Positions 39,105 through 49,509 of a DNA stretch of 64,000 nt are shown here, piece by piece. The notes below the pieces were generated by a model, which was not told the origin of the DNA, ran no database searches, and worked only from the letters and a program-made list of their open reading frames with translations. A program made the position numbers and the translations under genes. Source of the DNA: Owenia fusiformis (taxonomy: Eukaryota); assembly GCA_903813345.2 (NCBI GenBank), contig CAIIXF020000001.1, positions 32,054,001 to 32,118,000 on the forward strand, read 5' to 3'. The stretch's first letter is position 1; each line of letters starts with the position of its first letter.

Positions 39105-40254
39105 AACATTGCTTGACTAAGTTTGACTTAAAGCTAGCTTTGATTGATTAAATGTGATTTAGGTCATCATTTTTTGAATGACACATTTAGTGACTAATGT
39201 GTGATCTAGGTCTTAATGTTTGAATGACACATTTAGCTAGGTTTGCTTGATTAAATGTGATTTAGGTCATCATTTTTGAATGACACATTTAGTTAACATT
39301 GCCTGACTAATGTGTGATCTAGGTCTTAATGTTTTTAAGACACAATTAGTTAACTTTGCTTGACTAATGTGTGACTTAGGTCTTAATGTTTGAATGACAC
39401 ATTTAGCTAGGTTTGCTTGATTAAATGTGATTTAGGTCATCATTTTTGAATGACACATTTAGTTAACATTGCCTGACTAATGTGTGATCTAGGTCTTAAT
39501 GTTTGTAAGACACAATTAGTTAACTTTGCTTGACTAATGTGTGACTTAGGTCTTAATGTTTGAATGACACATGTAGCTAGGTTTGCTTGATTAAATGTGA
39601 TTTAGGTCATCATTTTTGAATGACACATTTAGTTAACATTGGCTGACTAATGTGTGATCTAGGTCTTAATGTTTGTAAGACACAATTAGTTAACTTTGCT
39701 TGACTAATGTGTGACTTAGGTCTTAATGTTTGAATGACACATTTAGCTAGGTTTGCTTGATTAAATGTGATTTAGGTCATCATTTTTGATTGACACATTT
39801 AGTTAACATTGCCTAACTAATGTGTGATCTAGGTCTTAATGTTTGTAAGACACAATTAGTTAGCATTGCTTGACTAATGTGTGACTTAGGTCTTAATGTT
39901 TGAATGACACATTTAGCTAGGTTTGCTTGATTAAATGTGATTTAGGTCATCATTTTTGAATGACACATTTAGTTAACATTGCTTGACTAATGTGTGATTT
40001 AGGTCTTAAGGTTTGTAAGACACAATTAGTTAACATTGCTTGACTAATGTGTGACTTAGGTCTTAATGTTTGAATGACACATTTAGCTAGGTTTGCTTGA
40101 TTAAATGTGATTTAGGTCATCATTTTTGAATGACACATTTAGTTAACATTGCCTAACTAATGTGTGATCTAGGTCTTAATGTTTGTAAGACACAATTAGT
40201 TAGCATTGCTTGACTAATGTGTGACTTAGGTTTTAATGTTTGAATGACTCAACT
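39105..40254 (+). repeat. 170-bp higher-order repeat array, copy 2 (part of a 1714-bp tandem duplication)
   Basis: 37391-39104 is repeated at 39105-40818, including the same variant positions. Confidence 0.95.
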
Positions 40255-40925
40255 AAAATTGCGTGACTTTTTTTGCTTGAATGACACGATTAATTAACAT
40301 TGCTTAACTTAGTGAGACATGGGTTTTCAAGTTTGGTAATTTATGGTATCAATCATTATTATACTAAAAGAAAGCTGCCCAACCAAAGTCTTAGCATATT
40401 ACAACCATACTAAATGCTCCCTATTTTTCTTATAATCTCATGACTGTTTTAACAATGTAAATATAATAATCTTTGGTACCTTAACTATTCTACTGTATAA
40501 GAAAGCTACCTAACATGTTTTAGACCATGATTGCCAATGTACATGACTTTGATTGAAGTTAATGATTTCATGGTTTGCATCATTTGATTTCAGAGTTAAT
40601 AGTTCCAGGACTATTCCATATGTAAGATGCCCAATGCAATTTAGTCTGGGATTTTACTTTTACCTCAATGAGTATTACTAAAAGTAGATTGGCAGACTTT
40701 ATATGTTATATATTCTTGTATTACTATGCCGACTGTCCTCTGGAAATAAGCATTTTCTTGATATTTAAGAATTTGGAATAACTGAATTTAATATTAACTT
40801 GTTACAGCTGCACTGCTGATGACTATATTTCTGATTGCATGTATTACCAAAAGCTGATTCTTCATGGACGATGTGCATCTGGGGGGATCCTTGGGACTGG
40901 GTGGGGAAGGTCAGGTATATGTTAA

Positions 40926-43900
40926 ATGAATATTGATTTACTCCAATATAGGGCAAGGGTGGGCTCCTTTAATGCTGTTCACGGATTTAAAACTTCCAGC
41001 AAAAGAAACAATTGTGGTTCCTTATTTTGGCTAAAATTCAATCTACTTATGATTTATTGTCTCACGCTTTTAGTAGTTATGATCGACTTAACATGGCATT
41101 TGTCGTTAGCTCAATTACTTGTTGCTACGAAAAATTGTTTTATTCTGACGTACATTTCAATTATGGCGTTACTCATTCCCTTTAGTACCTTTAAATACAC
41201 GAGGCTCAGAAAATGGTCCAGAATTAGAAAATGCCTTTTGACCATTTTTTCATTATCTTATTCGTGGATTCACCTCATCTATCTTATCTTATCTTGCAAT
41301 CTTTTAAAAGTTTTACTTATAAGGGCTGGCGATATTCATACCAACCCAGGTCCACTGAGTAGAAATGTGGTACATTTTGATCATTTGAACATTTTATTCA
41401 GCAATATAAACAGTATCGGCTCTGATAACGGTGCTCGTTTTGACATACTCACCCAAAGAATAGAACTAGACCAGATTAAAGTTGCTGGAATCTGTGAAGC
41501 TGGGTACCATGATCAAGATTTTATAAATTACAAAATATCTAATTTTCACATGCCAGTTTATTCCAATAAGGGAAGGGGTATACTTATTTATATCCATGAG
41601 TCTTTGAGATTTTCTAACAGGGGAGATATTGAAATTGATGGCCTAGACATTGCTTTTGTGGAAATTGTAGTAAATCACAAGAAAATTTTATATGGAGTTG
41701 GTCATCGTTCTCCTAGCCAAAGCGCAGACGAAACGAGAATCTTCTTCAATAAACTTAGACAGGCCCTTAATAAAATTGAGAACCAGTCATTCGATAGTGT
41801 TCTGATTACTGCTGATACTAATGCTAAGAATAGTATCTGGTATGCCGAAGGTACATCAATAGATAATCTGGCTGGTGACCTTCTTTTTAATGTCACTCAA
41901 GATTTCAACTATTTGCAGCTAATTGACCAACCAACACGCATAAAAGATAACTCTAAAACTTGCATAGATCATGTTCTTACAAATACTCCCCTGGCTGTGT
42001 CTGCAGCTGTAGTTGACTCTCCAATAGGTGGCTCTGACCATTGCACAATTATCGTCAAACTTAATGTTAAAATTCCCAAGGAACCAGCTATTAAACGAAC
42101 TGTTTGGAAATATGACCAGGTCAACCTTCAAGCAATAAATAACGCAGTTAGAGAACAAAACTGGAATGGTATTTTAGATAATGACATTGATTCAAATACT
42201 TTAACCGAACAATTTATCTATGCCCTCAAGACAATATATTCGACTTTTATCCCTCATAAAACAATAACTGTTAAGGCCAACACCCAACCATGGTTTACAG
42301 ACAAAATAAAGCACGAAATCAACAAAAAGAAAAAATTCTTTACCCAGTTGAAAAATAGTAATACTCCAGAAAATTTTGAAAAATATACTACCCAGACTAG
42401 AATTTTAAATGAACAAATACAGCTTGCTAAGCGTGAATACGAAACCAAATGTAAAGAATCCATTACTGAACTTTCTAAAAACTCTAAACAATATTGGTCC
42501 ATAACCAAGAAATTATTAGGTATAAACTCCTCTCAAACCACCATTCCCACCCTCTATGACCAGCACAAAGGTAAAACTTCATCTAGCTCTAAAGATAAGG
42601 CAAATGCTTTTTTAGAACATTTTTCAAGTAAATACCATTCAGATAACTCGTTTTTGGATACTACCCTACCTCAACGCTGTCATAACAAAATTGATAACCT
42701 TAGAACCTCCCAAGAAGAGGTTATGAAAATAATTCTCAAACTTGATCCAAATAAAGCTTGTGGCCCTGATGAGATCACAATTAAAATGTTACAATTGACT
42801 GCTCATACTATATCTCTACCACTTTCTAAGCTCATTAACAAACTTATTCTCCATGAAACCTTCCCCGACATATGGAAAATGGGCAGTATCTGTCCTATAT
42901 TTAAAAATAAAGGCGATAAAACTGACATTGGGAATTATCGACCCATTACTCTTTTAAATATTTTATCAAAGGTCTTTGAACGTGTTGTAGCAACAAGACT
43001 AAATGCCCACCTTAAAGTTAATAATTTAATATTTGAATTCCAATCTGGGTTTCTTGAAGGGCATAACACTGAATTCCAGCTACTGGCAATAAATCACTTT
43101 CTTCATTCAAATATCAAAGATCATAAAGCCGTACGTGCAATATATTTAGACATTAGCTCTGCTTTTGATCGTGTTCCTCATAAGCTGCTGCTTGCAAAAC
43201 TGAAAGCATATGGCATTGAAGGCCAATTTTATCAAATTCTCCAATCATATTTGTCAAATCGTAGAGTCAACGTAAATGTTGGTGGTCAATCATCGGATAC
43301 TTCTTCTGCAAACTATATCAACTGCGGCGTCCCTCAGGGATCTATCCTGGGTCCAATTTTATTTTTGATTTATATAAATGACTTACCCGATGATCTTTTG
43401 GGAAAGGCCTTTATCTACGCTGATGACACATCACTATATTACCCCTTTGATCCATCTGATCCTGACATGCATATAATCAATCATGATCTTAATATCATAA
43501 CTAACTGGTCTCAAAAATGGAAACTAGATTTCAAGCCTGAAAAAACAGAGGAAGTTATCTTTCAAAGCCAGCGCTGTGTATTTCCTACTCCGCCACCTTT
43601 AGCCAAACTTGGAAATGGGGAAATTAAAAGGAATAATCTTCATAAGCATCTAGGGTATACTTTCGATTATCTTCTTTCTAACAAAAATCATATATATGAC
43701 ATTGTCAAGAGAGTACAAAAACTGCTTAATCCATTGAAGGCACTTACATCAAAGATTAACTCGAAACATTTGGAGACAATGTACAACTCATTCATAAGGC
43801 CTCATTTTGATTACGCAGACATTCTTTATCATTCATCAACTCAAGCACTGATCAATATCCCTAGCAAGTTGCATTATCAGGCTGCATTATTGTGTTCTGG

Positions 43901-44621
43901 GTGTCTCCATGGCTCTGATACAGGTAAAGTTATGGGGGTCTTAAACTGGTGCACACTACCCCAAAGGAGGGAACAACACATTCTTAACTTCATGTACAAA
44001 GTAATCAGAAACCAGGTACCATCCTATGTATCTTCAATATTTGAAGAATTCAAAAATCCAGCTACCAGAAGAACAAGCAATACAGAAGTATACCAAATTC
44101 CTATAAGGTCAACTGCCCAATTTATTAAATCCCCTATTCCTAATGCAATATCACTGTGGAACAAATTACCTAAACCTCTTTTAGAATATGCCTTAAAATT
44201 TTCCCTACCATCGTTCAAAAAAGAAAGTAATAAACACTTCCTGCCCAAGAGAATAATCAGTTCAACGTCCCTGATTAATTTAACAAGGTCTCAAGAAATC
44301 ACTCTCAACAGAGCTCGTGTAGACTTATTTTTGAAAGCAAGACTTTTTGCACACCAATTTACATTTATAGACTCGGCTAATTGTTCTTGCGGCAAACCTG
44401 AAACACTAAAACATTTATTTTTCAAGTGTCCTCTATGCCAAATTAATAGGCATGCCCTGATGGAAGAGGTCAACAATAACTTCTATAATAAGATCAGCCA
44501 ACTAACAAACATGGATGATAAACTTAATTTTCTCTTATATGGTGACGAGGCATTATCCTTAGCAGAATTAAGTAAACTTCTTATCATCGTCAGCAACTTT
44601 CTCCATGACAACAAGACATAG
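40926..44621 (+). CDS. LINE ORF2-type polyprotein: hydrophobic leader, 2A-like motif, APE endonuclease, reverse transcriptase, C-terminal CCHC
   Basis: 1231-aa ORF; APE motifs (NIN, ICE, ADTN, IDH, SDH); RT motifs (NYRPITLL, LDISSAFD, GVPQGSILGP, YADD, KHLG); CSCGKPETLKHLFFKC. Confidence 0.96.
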   Translation: MNIDLLQYRARVGSFNAVHGFKTSSKRNNCGSLFWLKFNLLMIYCLTLLVVMIDLTWHLSLAQLLVATKNCFILTYISIMALLIPFSTFKYTRLRKWSRIRKCLLTIFSLSYSWIHLIYLILSCNLLKVLLIRAGDIHTNPGPLSRNVVHFDHLNILFSNINSIGSDNGARFDILTQRIELDQIKVAGICEAGYHDQDFINYKISNFHMPVYSNKGRGILIYIHESLRFSNRGDIEIDGLDIAFVEIVVNHKKILYGVGHRSPSQSADETRIFFNKLRQALNKIENQSFDSVLITADTNAKNSIWYAEGTSIDNLAGDLLFNVTQDFNYLQLIDQPTRIKDNSKTCIDHVLTNTPLAVSAAVVDSPIGGSDHCTIIVKLNVKIPKEPAIKRTVWKYDQVNLQAINNAVREQNWNGILDNDIDSNTLTEQFIYALKTIYSTFIPHKTITVKANTQPWFTDKIKHEINKKKKFFTQLKNSNTPENFEKYTTQTRILNEQIQLAKREYETKCKESITELSKNSKQYWSITKKLLGINSSQTTIPTLYDQHKGKTSSSSKDKANAFLEHFSSKYHSDNSFLDTTLPQRCHNKIDNLRTSQEEVMKIILKLDPNKACGPDEITIKMLQLTAHTISLPLSKLINKLILHETFPDIWKMGSICPIFKNKGDKTDIGNYRPITLLNILSKVFERVVATRLNAHLKVNNLIFEFQSGFLEGHNTEFQLLAINHFLHSNIKDHKAVRAIYLDISSAFDRVPHKLLLAKLKAYGIEGQFYQILQSYLSNRRVNVNVGGQSSDTSSANYINCGVPQGSILGPILFLIYINDLPDDLLGKAFIYADDTSLYYPFDPSDPDMHIINHDLNIITNWSQKWKLDFKPEKTEEVIFQSQRCVFPTPPPLAKLGNGEIKRNNLHKHLGYTFDYLLSNKNHIYDIVKRVQKLLNPLKALTSKINSKHLETMYNSFIRPHFDYADILYHSSTQALINIPSKLHYQAALLCSGCLHGSDTGKVMGVLNWCTLPQRREQHILNFMYKVIRNQVPSYVSSIFEEFKNPATRRTSNTEVYQIPIRSTAQFIKSPIPNAISLWNKLPKPLLEYALKFSLPSFKKESNKHFLPKRIISSTSLINLTRSQEITLNRARVDLFLKARLFAHQFTFIDSANCSCGKPETLKHLFFKCPLCQINRHALMEEVNNNFYNKISQLTNMDDKLNFLLYGDEALSLAELSKLLIIVSNFLHDNKT

Positions 44622-45954
44622 CAAAGAGGTCTCATCTAAGCCCTGGAGAACTCATAATATATTTATTTTGTTTTTTACACATCTACTTGGCACAAACCCC
44701 TCTGGTCCCTGGGATACCCTTCGATGCACAGTCGTCCTCAAACAGCTAAATATTATACTTAATTTTTTACATGTAAGTGATGGCCAACCTATAATGCCAA
44801 TATGGCGATTGGTGGCCGAAAATGTATTGACTTTACCTCAATAAAGTTTATACTATAAAAAAAAAACAAAAAAAACTTAATATCCGAAATCATTATTTTT
44901 ATTTAAGAGTAGGAAAGAAAGAACATGTCAGAGGTGAGCGATTGCATAACCTGTACAGCCACTAAACTGACAAAATCATTGTTTCCATTTTCAGTAAAAA
45001 GGCAACTGACTAGTTATTTACAAGGCTTTATTAGAGAGGCTTTATTAGAAACCACCTCTAAGCACATATAATATATCATTTATGTTCTGGGAGACTCCTT
45101 TATGATATTGATATACATATTTTGATATATTCAATGAATATTATTATTATTAGAACGAGAAAGGGGATGGGGCTTCATTTACGAGTCAAAACGGACTGCT
45201 CTGGTCCTTGTTGAGAATATTCAATCAGTAATACACCCATTAATAGCCATCAAAATATGCTTGATACCCATACATTTTGGTAAACAAATGTTGAATATGT
45301 AACTAGATTTGATCTTCCAAGGCAAATATGTAAGAAGTTTGGTCAAGTTGAATTTTTTAATCAAGATTGCTTGGACAAAAACAAACAAACAGCAAACAGA
45401 ATTAATCATTTCAAAACGGAGTCCCAGGCTTGAACTTGTAATTCAGGAGAAGAGGGGTCATATCAAACATTGTCTAGTTTAATCCATAAACTTTGTTGTT
45501 TTCACCTATGAACTTTACATCAAATAAATGAGTGACTGAACAATGCTCAGTAAAATTTTGGTGCATTTTAGAGAAAAAATAAAGGTTTTGCGTTCAATTA
45601 ACAAATGTTCCAATTTTTTTGGACCACCCTGTAGACACTTTGAGATAACATTGAATTATAAATGCATGTTGAATATTCCAGAATGTGAAGTACATGTAGT
45701 AGTATATTCTTATGTATTCTTTCCTCACATGAAAAATATTAATGGATGAAAATGTTGAGAGCAAGCATTCAGAAAATTCTCATGCAAATATATCCATGCT
45801 CTAACTTATATATTCAGCAGACTCGGCATACACATGCTGCAAACCCAACTAATAAACACTATCAGCTATTACTATCCCTAAACCATATATCTAAATTCTA
45901 AACATTTCTCAGCATTATGAATGGCTTATTGTAATATGGCCTAATATCTGATAC

Positions 45955-46116
45955 CTAATGCTTCTCCTCCTACTACTTGTTTTTGCTGCAAAAGTTCTTG
46001 TTGTTGTTCTTTAATTAACTCTTGTTGTTCTTGTTGTTTGTCATTGGGAGGCTGCTGTTGCATCTGTTGGACTTCCTCCCCATGTTCTTGCTGTTGTTGT
46101 TGAAGAATGTTGTTGT
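45955..46116 (-). CDS. GOLIM4: GOLIM4-like exon: (D)NNILQQQQQEHGEEV...GGEAL
   Basis: 162 nt, phase 1/1, Q/E-rich, tag acceptor and gtatca donor. Confidence 0.8.
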
Positions 46117-46264
46117 CTATATATACACAAACATGCATACTTAAACTATGCAACTAAACTAAACATTAAATAGAAACAGCAACTCATTGGAGTTGCAAAT
46201 CCCACAGAACAAAACTTATTTTATCAATTATCTCATTACTTTGAACATAACATGATAGAATACA

Positions 46265-46868
46265 ATTTGTACCAAATCCTATGACTGGTATTTAAGTTAT
46301 TAGAATTACATTTTTAATGACAGCCATTTTGAATGAGCAGCTATCTTCATAATTCAAATCCAAATCCGTCAACTGGTATTTGAATTATCAAACATTACAT
46401 TAATCATGAAAATTGGAGGCCATTTTGAAATGAGCGGACATATTGAAATGCTTCTTAGAGCAGGGGTCCTTTGCCCATTAGATATTACCATTTAAAATTC
46501 GGACCAAATTCTAAATGGGCAACTTTACATGAAATTGAAAATACCTCCTTGACCAGAGCTCCTTTGCCCATAAGATATTAGCGTATGAAATTTGGACTAA
46601 GTTCCATAATTTGGTCCATAAATAATAAAATAAAATAAAAAGATTACACTTTTTTCAAAAAAGGGCGGCAATTTTAAATTGAGTGACCATATTGAAAAAT
46701 CCTTCTTGAGCAAAGATCCTACACCCACAAGGGATGAGCATATAAAATTTGTCAACCGATATTTGAGTTACTGCCCAGATAAAGAACAAAAGGTTGTAAT
46801 TGATATATAGAGGGACAGACAAATGGACGGATTCTCCTCCATATCCTTATGAACTTCAGTGGGATAAT
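46265..46868 (+). mobile_element. Degenerate pearl/HINE element
   Basis: Core repeats, ggacagac microsatellite remnant, gaacttcagtgggataat end. Confidence 0.7.
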
Positions 46869-47705
46869 AACTCTTCTAGGATGTACCTGCAATCGCTAAG
46901 GGATGGTGTCCAAAGGCAACAGTTGTTGAAGAACAAAGTATTCTTAGTAACTGACATTTTCAAATAAAATATTGATTTTTGGCACTTCAGCAAATGCTAT
47001 TAGACAGTGAAAATGCAGCAATATTTTCATTATTGGGGGATTTAACCATCGAAATCAACTTGTTTTTCCAGCAATTGGACAGTATCCCTTAATTTAAAAC
47101 CAACCATGCATTTTATCTTCTTGAAAAGTCAGGTATAAATGCAAAACATGCAGCAACCAGACTTTGAAAATGGATCCCAAATACTGAAATGTTATCTACT
47201 TTGTAGGGGCATAAAGCAATAGAATTAGCAGCCTGGCTAACATTACTGATGTATTGCATACAAAGATTTCAATCATTCAAGTCCCACCTTAATGGAGGGG
47301 ACTATATTGTAAAAAGAATCTGATTTGCAATGCTATAACATGTCTAAGCAAACAAAACAAGCAATCTTTAGACACACCTTCACAAGCAAATAAGAAACAT
47401 AACATAAAGGTGAACAATAGAAAAGAGAAACTTAAAGAAGCTAGATTTGAAACCATATCTTATATTACTGCATAAATTGTCTCATCTTTACTGGGACAGA
47501 GGACTTTCACTTCTTTTATGACTTTTTATGACCACACAACTTATATGATATTGTTTTATATAAATTTAATGAAGTGTATTTTTGATACTCAACCATCTAT
47601 ACATTTAAGGTTGATTTAATCTTCAAGGGGGGGATACATGAGCTTCCCAAATAACAAGGTTCAGTTAAGATATGGTTCCAAGACAGAATCTCAACCTTCA
47701 CCCAC

Positions 47706-48288
47706 CTAAAAGCCTTTCAGCACTCCTGGCACCTCTATTACCACCACCATGCTCTTGCAACACTTGATCTGCTTGTTGATCTAAATCTAATTTTTGACGT
47801 TGTTTTTGTTTATCTATGTATTGTTGTTCTAAATCATCTTCTTCTAGTTGATTATTTACTATGTTTTGTTCTTGTAGTTTTTGTAAAATTTTCTGTTGTT
47901 GCTGCTGTAAATCCTGCTGCTGCAAACCTAATTGATTAAAATTTTGTTCTTTTTTCAATTGTTCTTGATTAAGTTGAGTATTTTTACCTATCACTTGTTT
48001 TTGCTGTTGTTCTCCCCTCATTACTTGTTGGTTAATAACAGGTTGCTGCTGCTGCTGTTGTTGATGAATAATTGGCTGTTGTTGGTTTACTTGCTGTTGT
48101 TGATTATTTTGTTGTTGTTGATTAACTTGTTGTTGTTGATTAACTTGCTGTTGCTGATTAACTTGTTGTTGCTGTTGATCTACATGTTGGTTCACTTGTT
48201 GCTGCTGTTGATTTACTAGCTGTTGGTTGCCCTGCTGTTGTTGGAGCAGCTGTTGCTGCTGTTGACTCTTGAAGCCTTGGATCTGAGC
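47706..48288 (-). CDS. GOLIM4: GOLIM4-like glutamine-rich exon: AQIQGFKSQQQQ...RSAERLL
   Basis: ttccag acceptor, TTAG|gtgggt donor, phase 0 to 1; VNQQQQ repeats. Confidence 0.85.
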
Positions 48289-48730
48289 CTGGAAATGAAA
48301 AAATAAGACCTTATAGCACAGCTGCATGTCATGTGTTTTCCCTCAACATGTACATAACTAAAAGATCTAAGCTGATTAGCTCACGGGTACATAATAATTA
48401 AATGTTAGAACAATTGTAATTGTATTGAAATATCCAAGTTATCAGTTCACATTTTCAGAACATAATCTTTACAGTAAAATCTCAATTTTGATCTTCTGAA
48501 TGCATGACTTTTTAATACTTAAAGATCAACAATGCTATTCATAGATAGACATAGAAAATTGCATGCAGGATAATTATGAAAGTAATGCAATTATATTTTG
48601 GACACTCTATTTGATAATGATGTCATAGTTCATTATTTCATAATGAAAAATTACAACTGGATAATATAATTTTGGGGGGAAGAATCTAACATCCATGAAA
48701 AAATCATATTCCCGTATGAATACTAAATAA

Positions 48731-49509
48731 AACTAGATAACGGCAACTCCGCGGAGTAGCAAATCCCAACGAACAAAATATCAATTACCGAATTCCAATC
48801 AATTATACTCATTACTTTGGTTGAAAATGAAAAAATTAGATTTTAGAATTGCGAATTCCTGCAAAGCAGCCATTTTGAATTTTCTGAGGTACAAATCTGA
48901 AAAATAATAACATAATTGTGATCTACACCAAAATTCCTTCAATTTGAGTATAATATAGCTAGCCATACTTTGAAGGGATCGAAAAATTATTGCGAAATCG
49001 TACATTAGACGGCCATTTTGAATTTTACGAGGCTCGAATCAGAAAAAAGATACAATATTTGCAATCTACTCTTAATTGCCTTTCATTTGAGTATAATAAG
49101 GCTATACTTCAGAAAGATCTAAAAATTAGCGAAAATTTCTGTTTTCCTGTCCCCCCATACATGGCCCCTGGGGGTCAGGATGAAAAACACGGAATATATG
49201 TGAAATAGATAAATGTTGTGAATGCACTACCAAAATTTCAAACAATAATATTAATTACTTTGGTTTAGAATGAAAAATTTATGATTTTTGCGAAAAAGTC
49301 CCGTCATTTTTAAAGCGGCGGCCATCTTGAAAAAATTTTTTTTCACGTAAAACTATTCACCAATCTTTCCACTAAATATGAAGAAAATCTGTCAACTAGT
49401 ATTTGAGTTATCTTCCGGACAGACGGACGGACTGACTGACTGACTGACGGACAGACGGACGGACGGAGGGCTTCACTATATCCCTAACGAACTTCGTTCG
49501 TTGGGATAA
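48731..49509 (+). mobile_element. Full-length pearl/HINE element
   Basis: 5' aactagataacggcaactccgcggagtagcaaatcccaacgaac; (gact/gacg)n; 3' hairpin ccctaacgaacttcgttcgttgggataa. Confidence 0.88.

Larger units (their letters stand above)
37052..44875 (+). mobile_element. Non-LTR retrotransposon (APE-RT, probably CR1/L2 group); 5' boundary uncertain (36650-37400)
   Basis: Intact EN-RT ORF, 3' UTR with stem-loop, AATAAA at 44840 and A-tail 44857-44875; no TSD found; membership of the 5' repeat region is inferred. Confidence 0.85.
36454..45631. mobile_element. Tc1/mariner-type MITE split by the LINE insertion
   Basis: ~190-bp TIRs TA|cagggtggtccaaaaaaaattggaacattt ... aaatgttccaatttttttggaccaccctg|TA. 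Confidence 0.85.

Noticed and set aside
37391..40254. Repeat array upstream of an RT as a CRISPR, retron or DGR-like system
   Set aside because: No unique spacers, no cas genes, eukaryotic context, and the RT is a standard APE-type LINE RT.
47932..48219. 95-aa Leu-rich plus-strand ORF
   Set aside because: Antisense shadow of the poly-Q exon.
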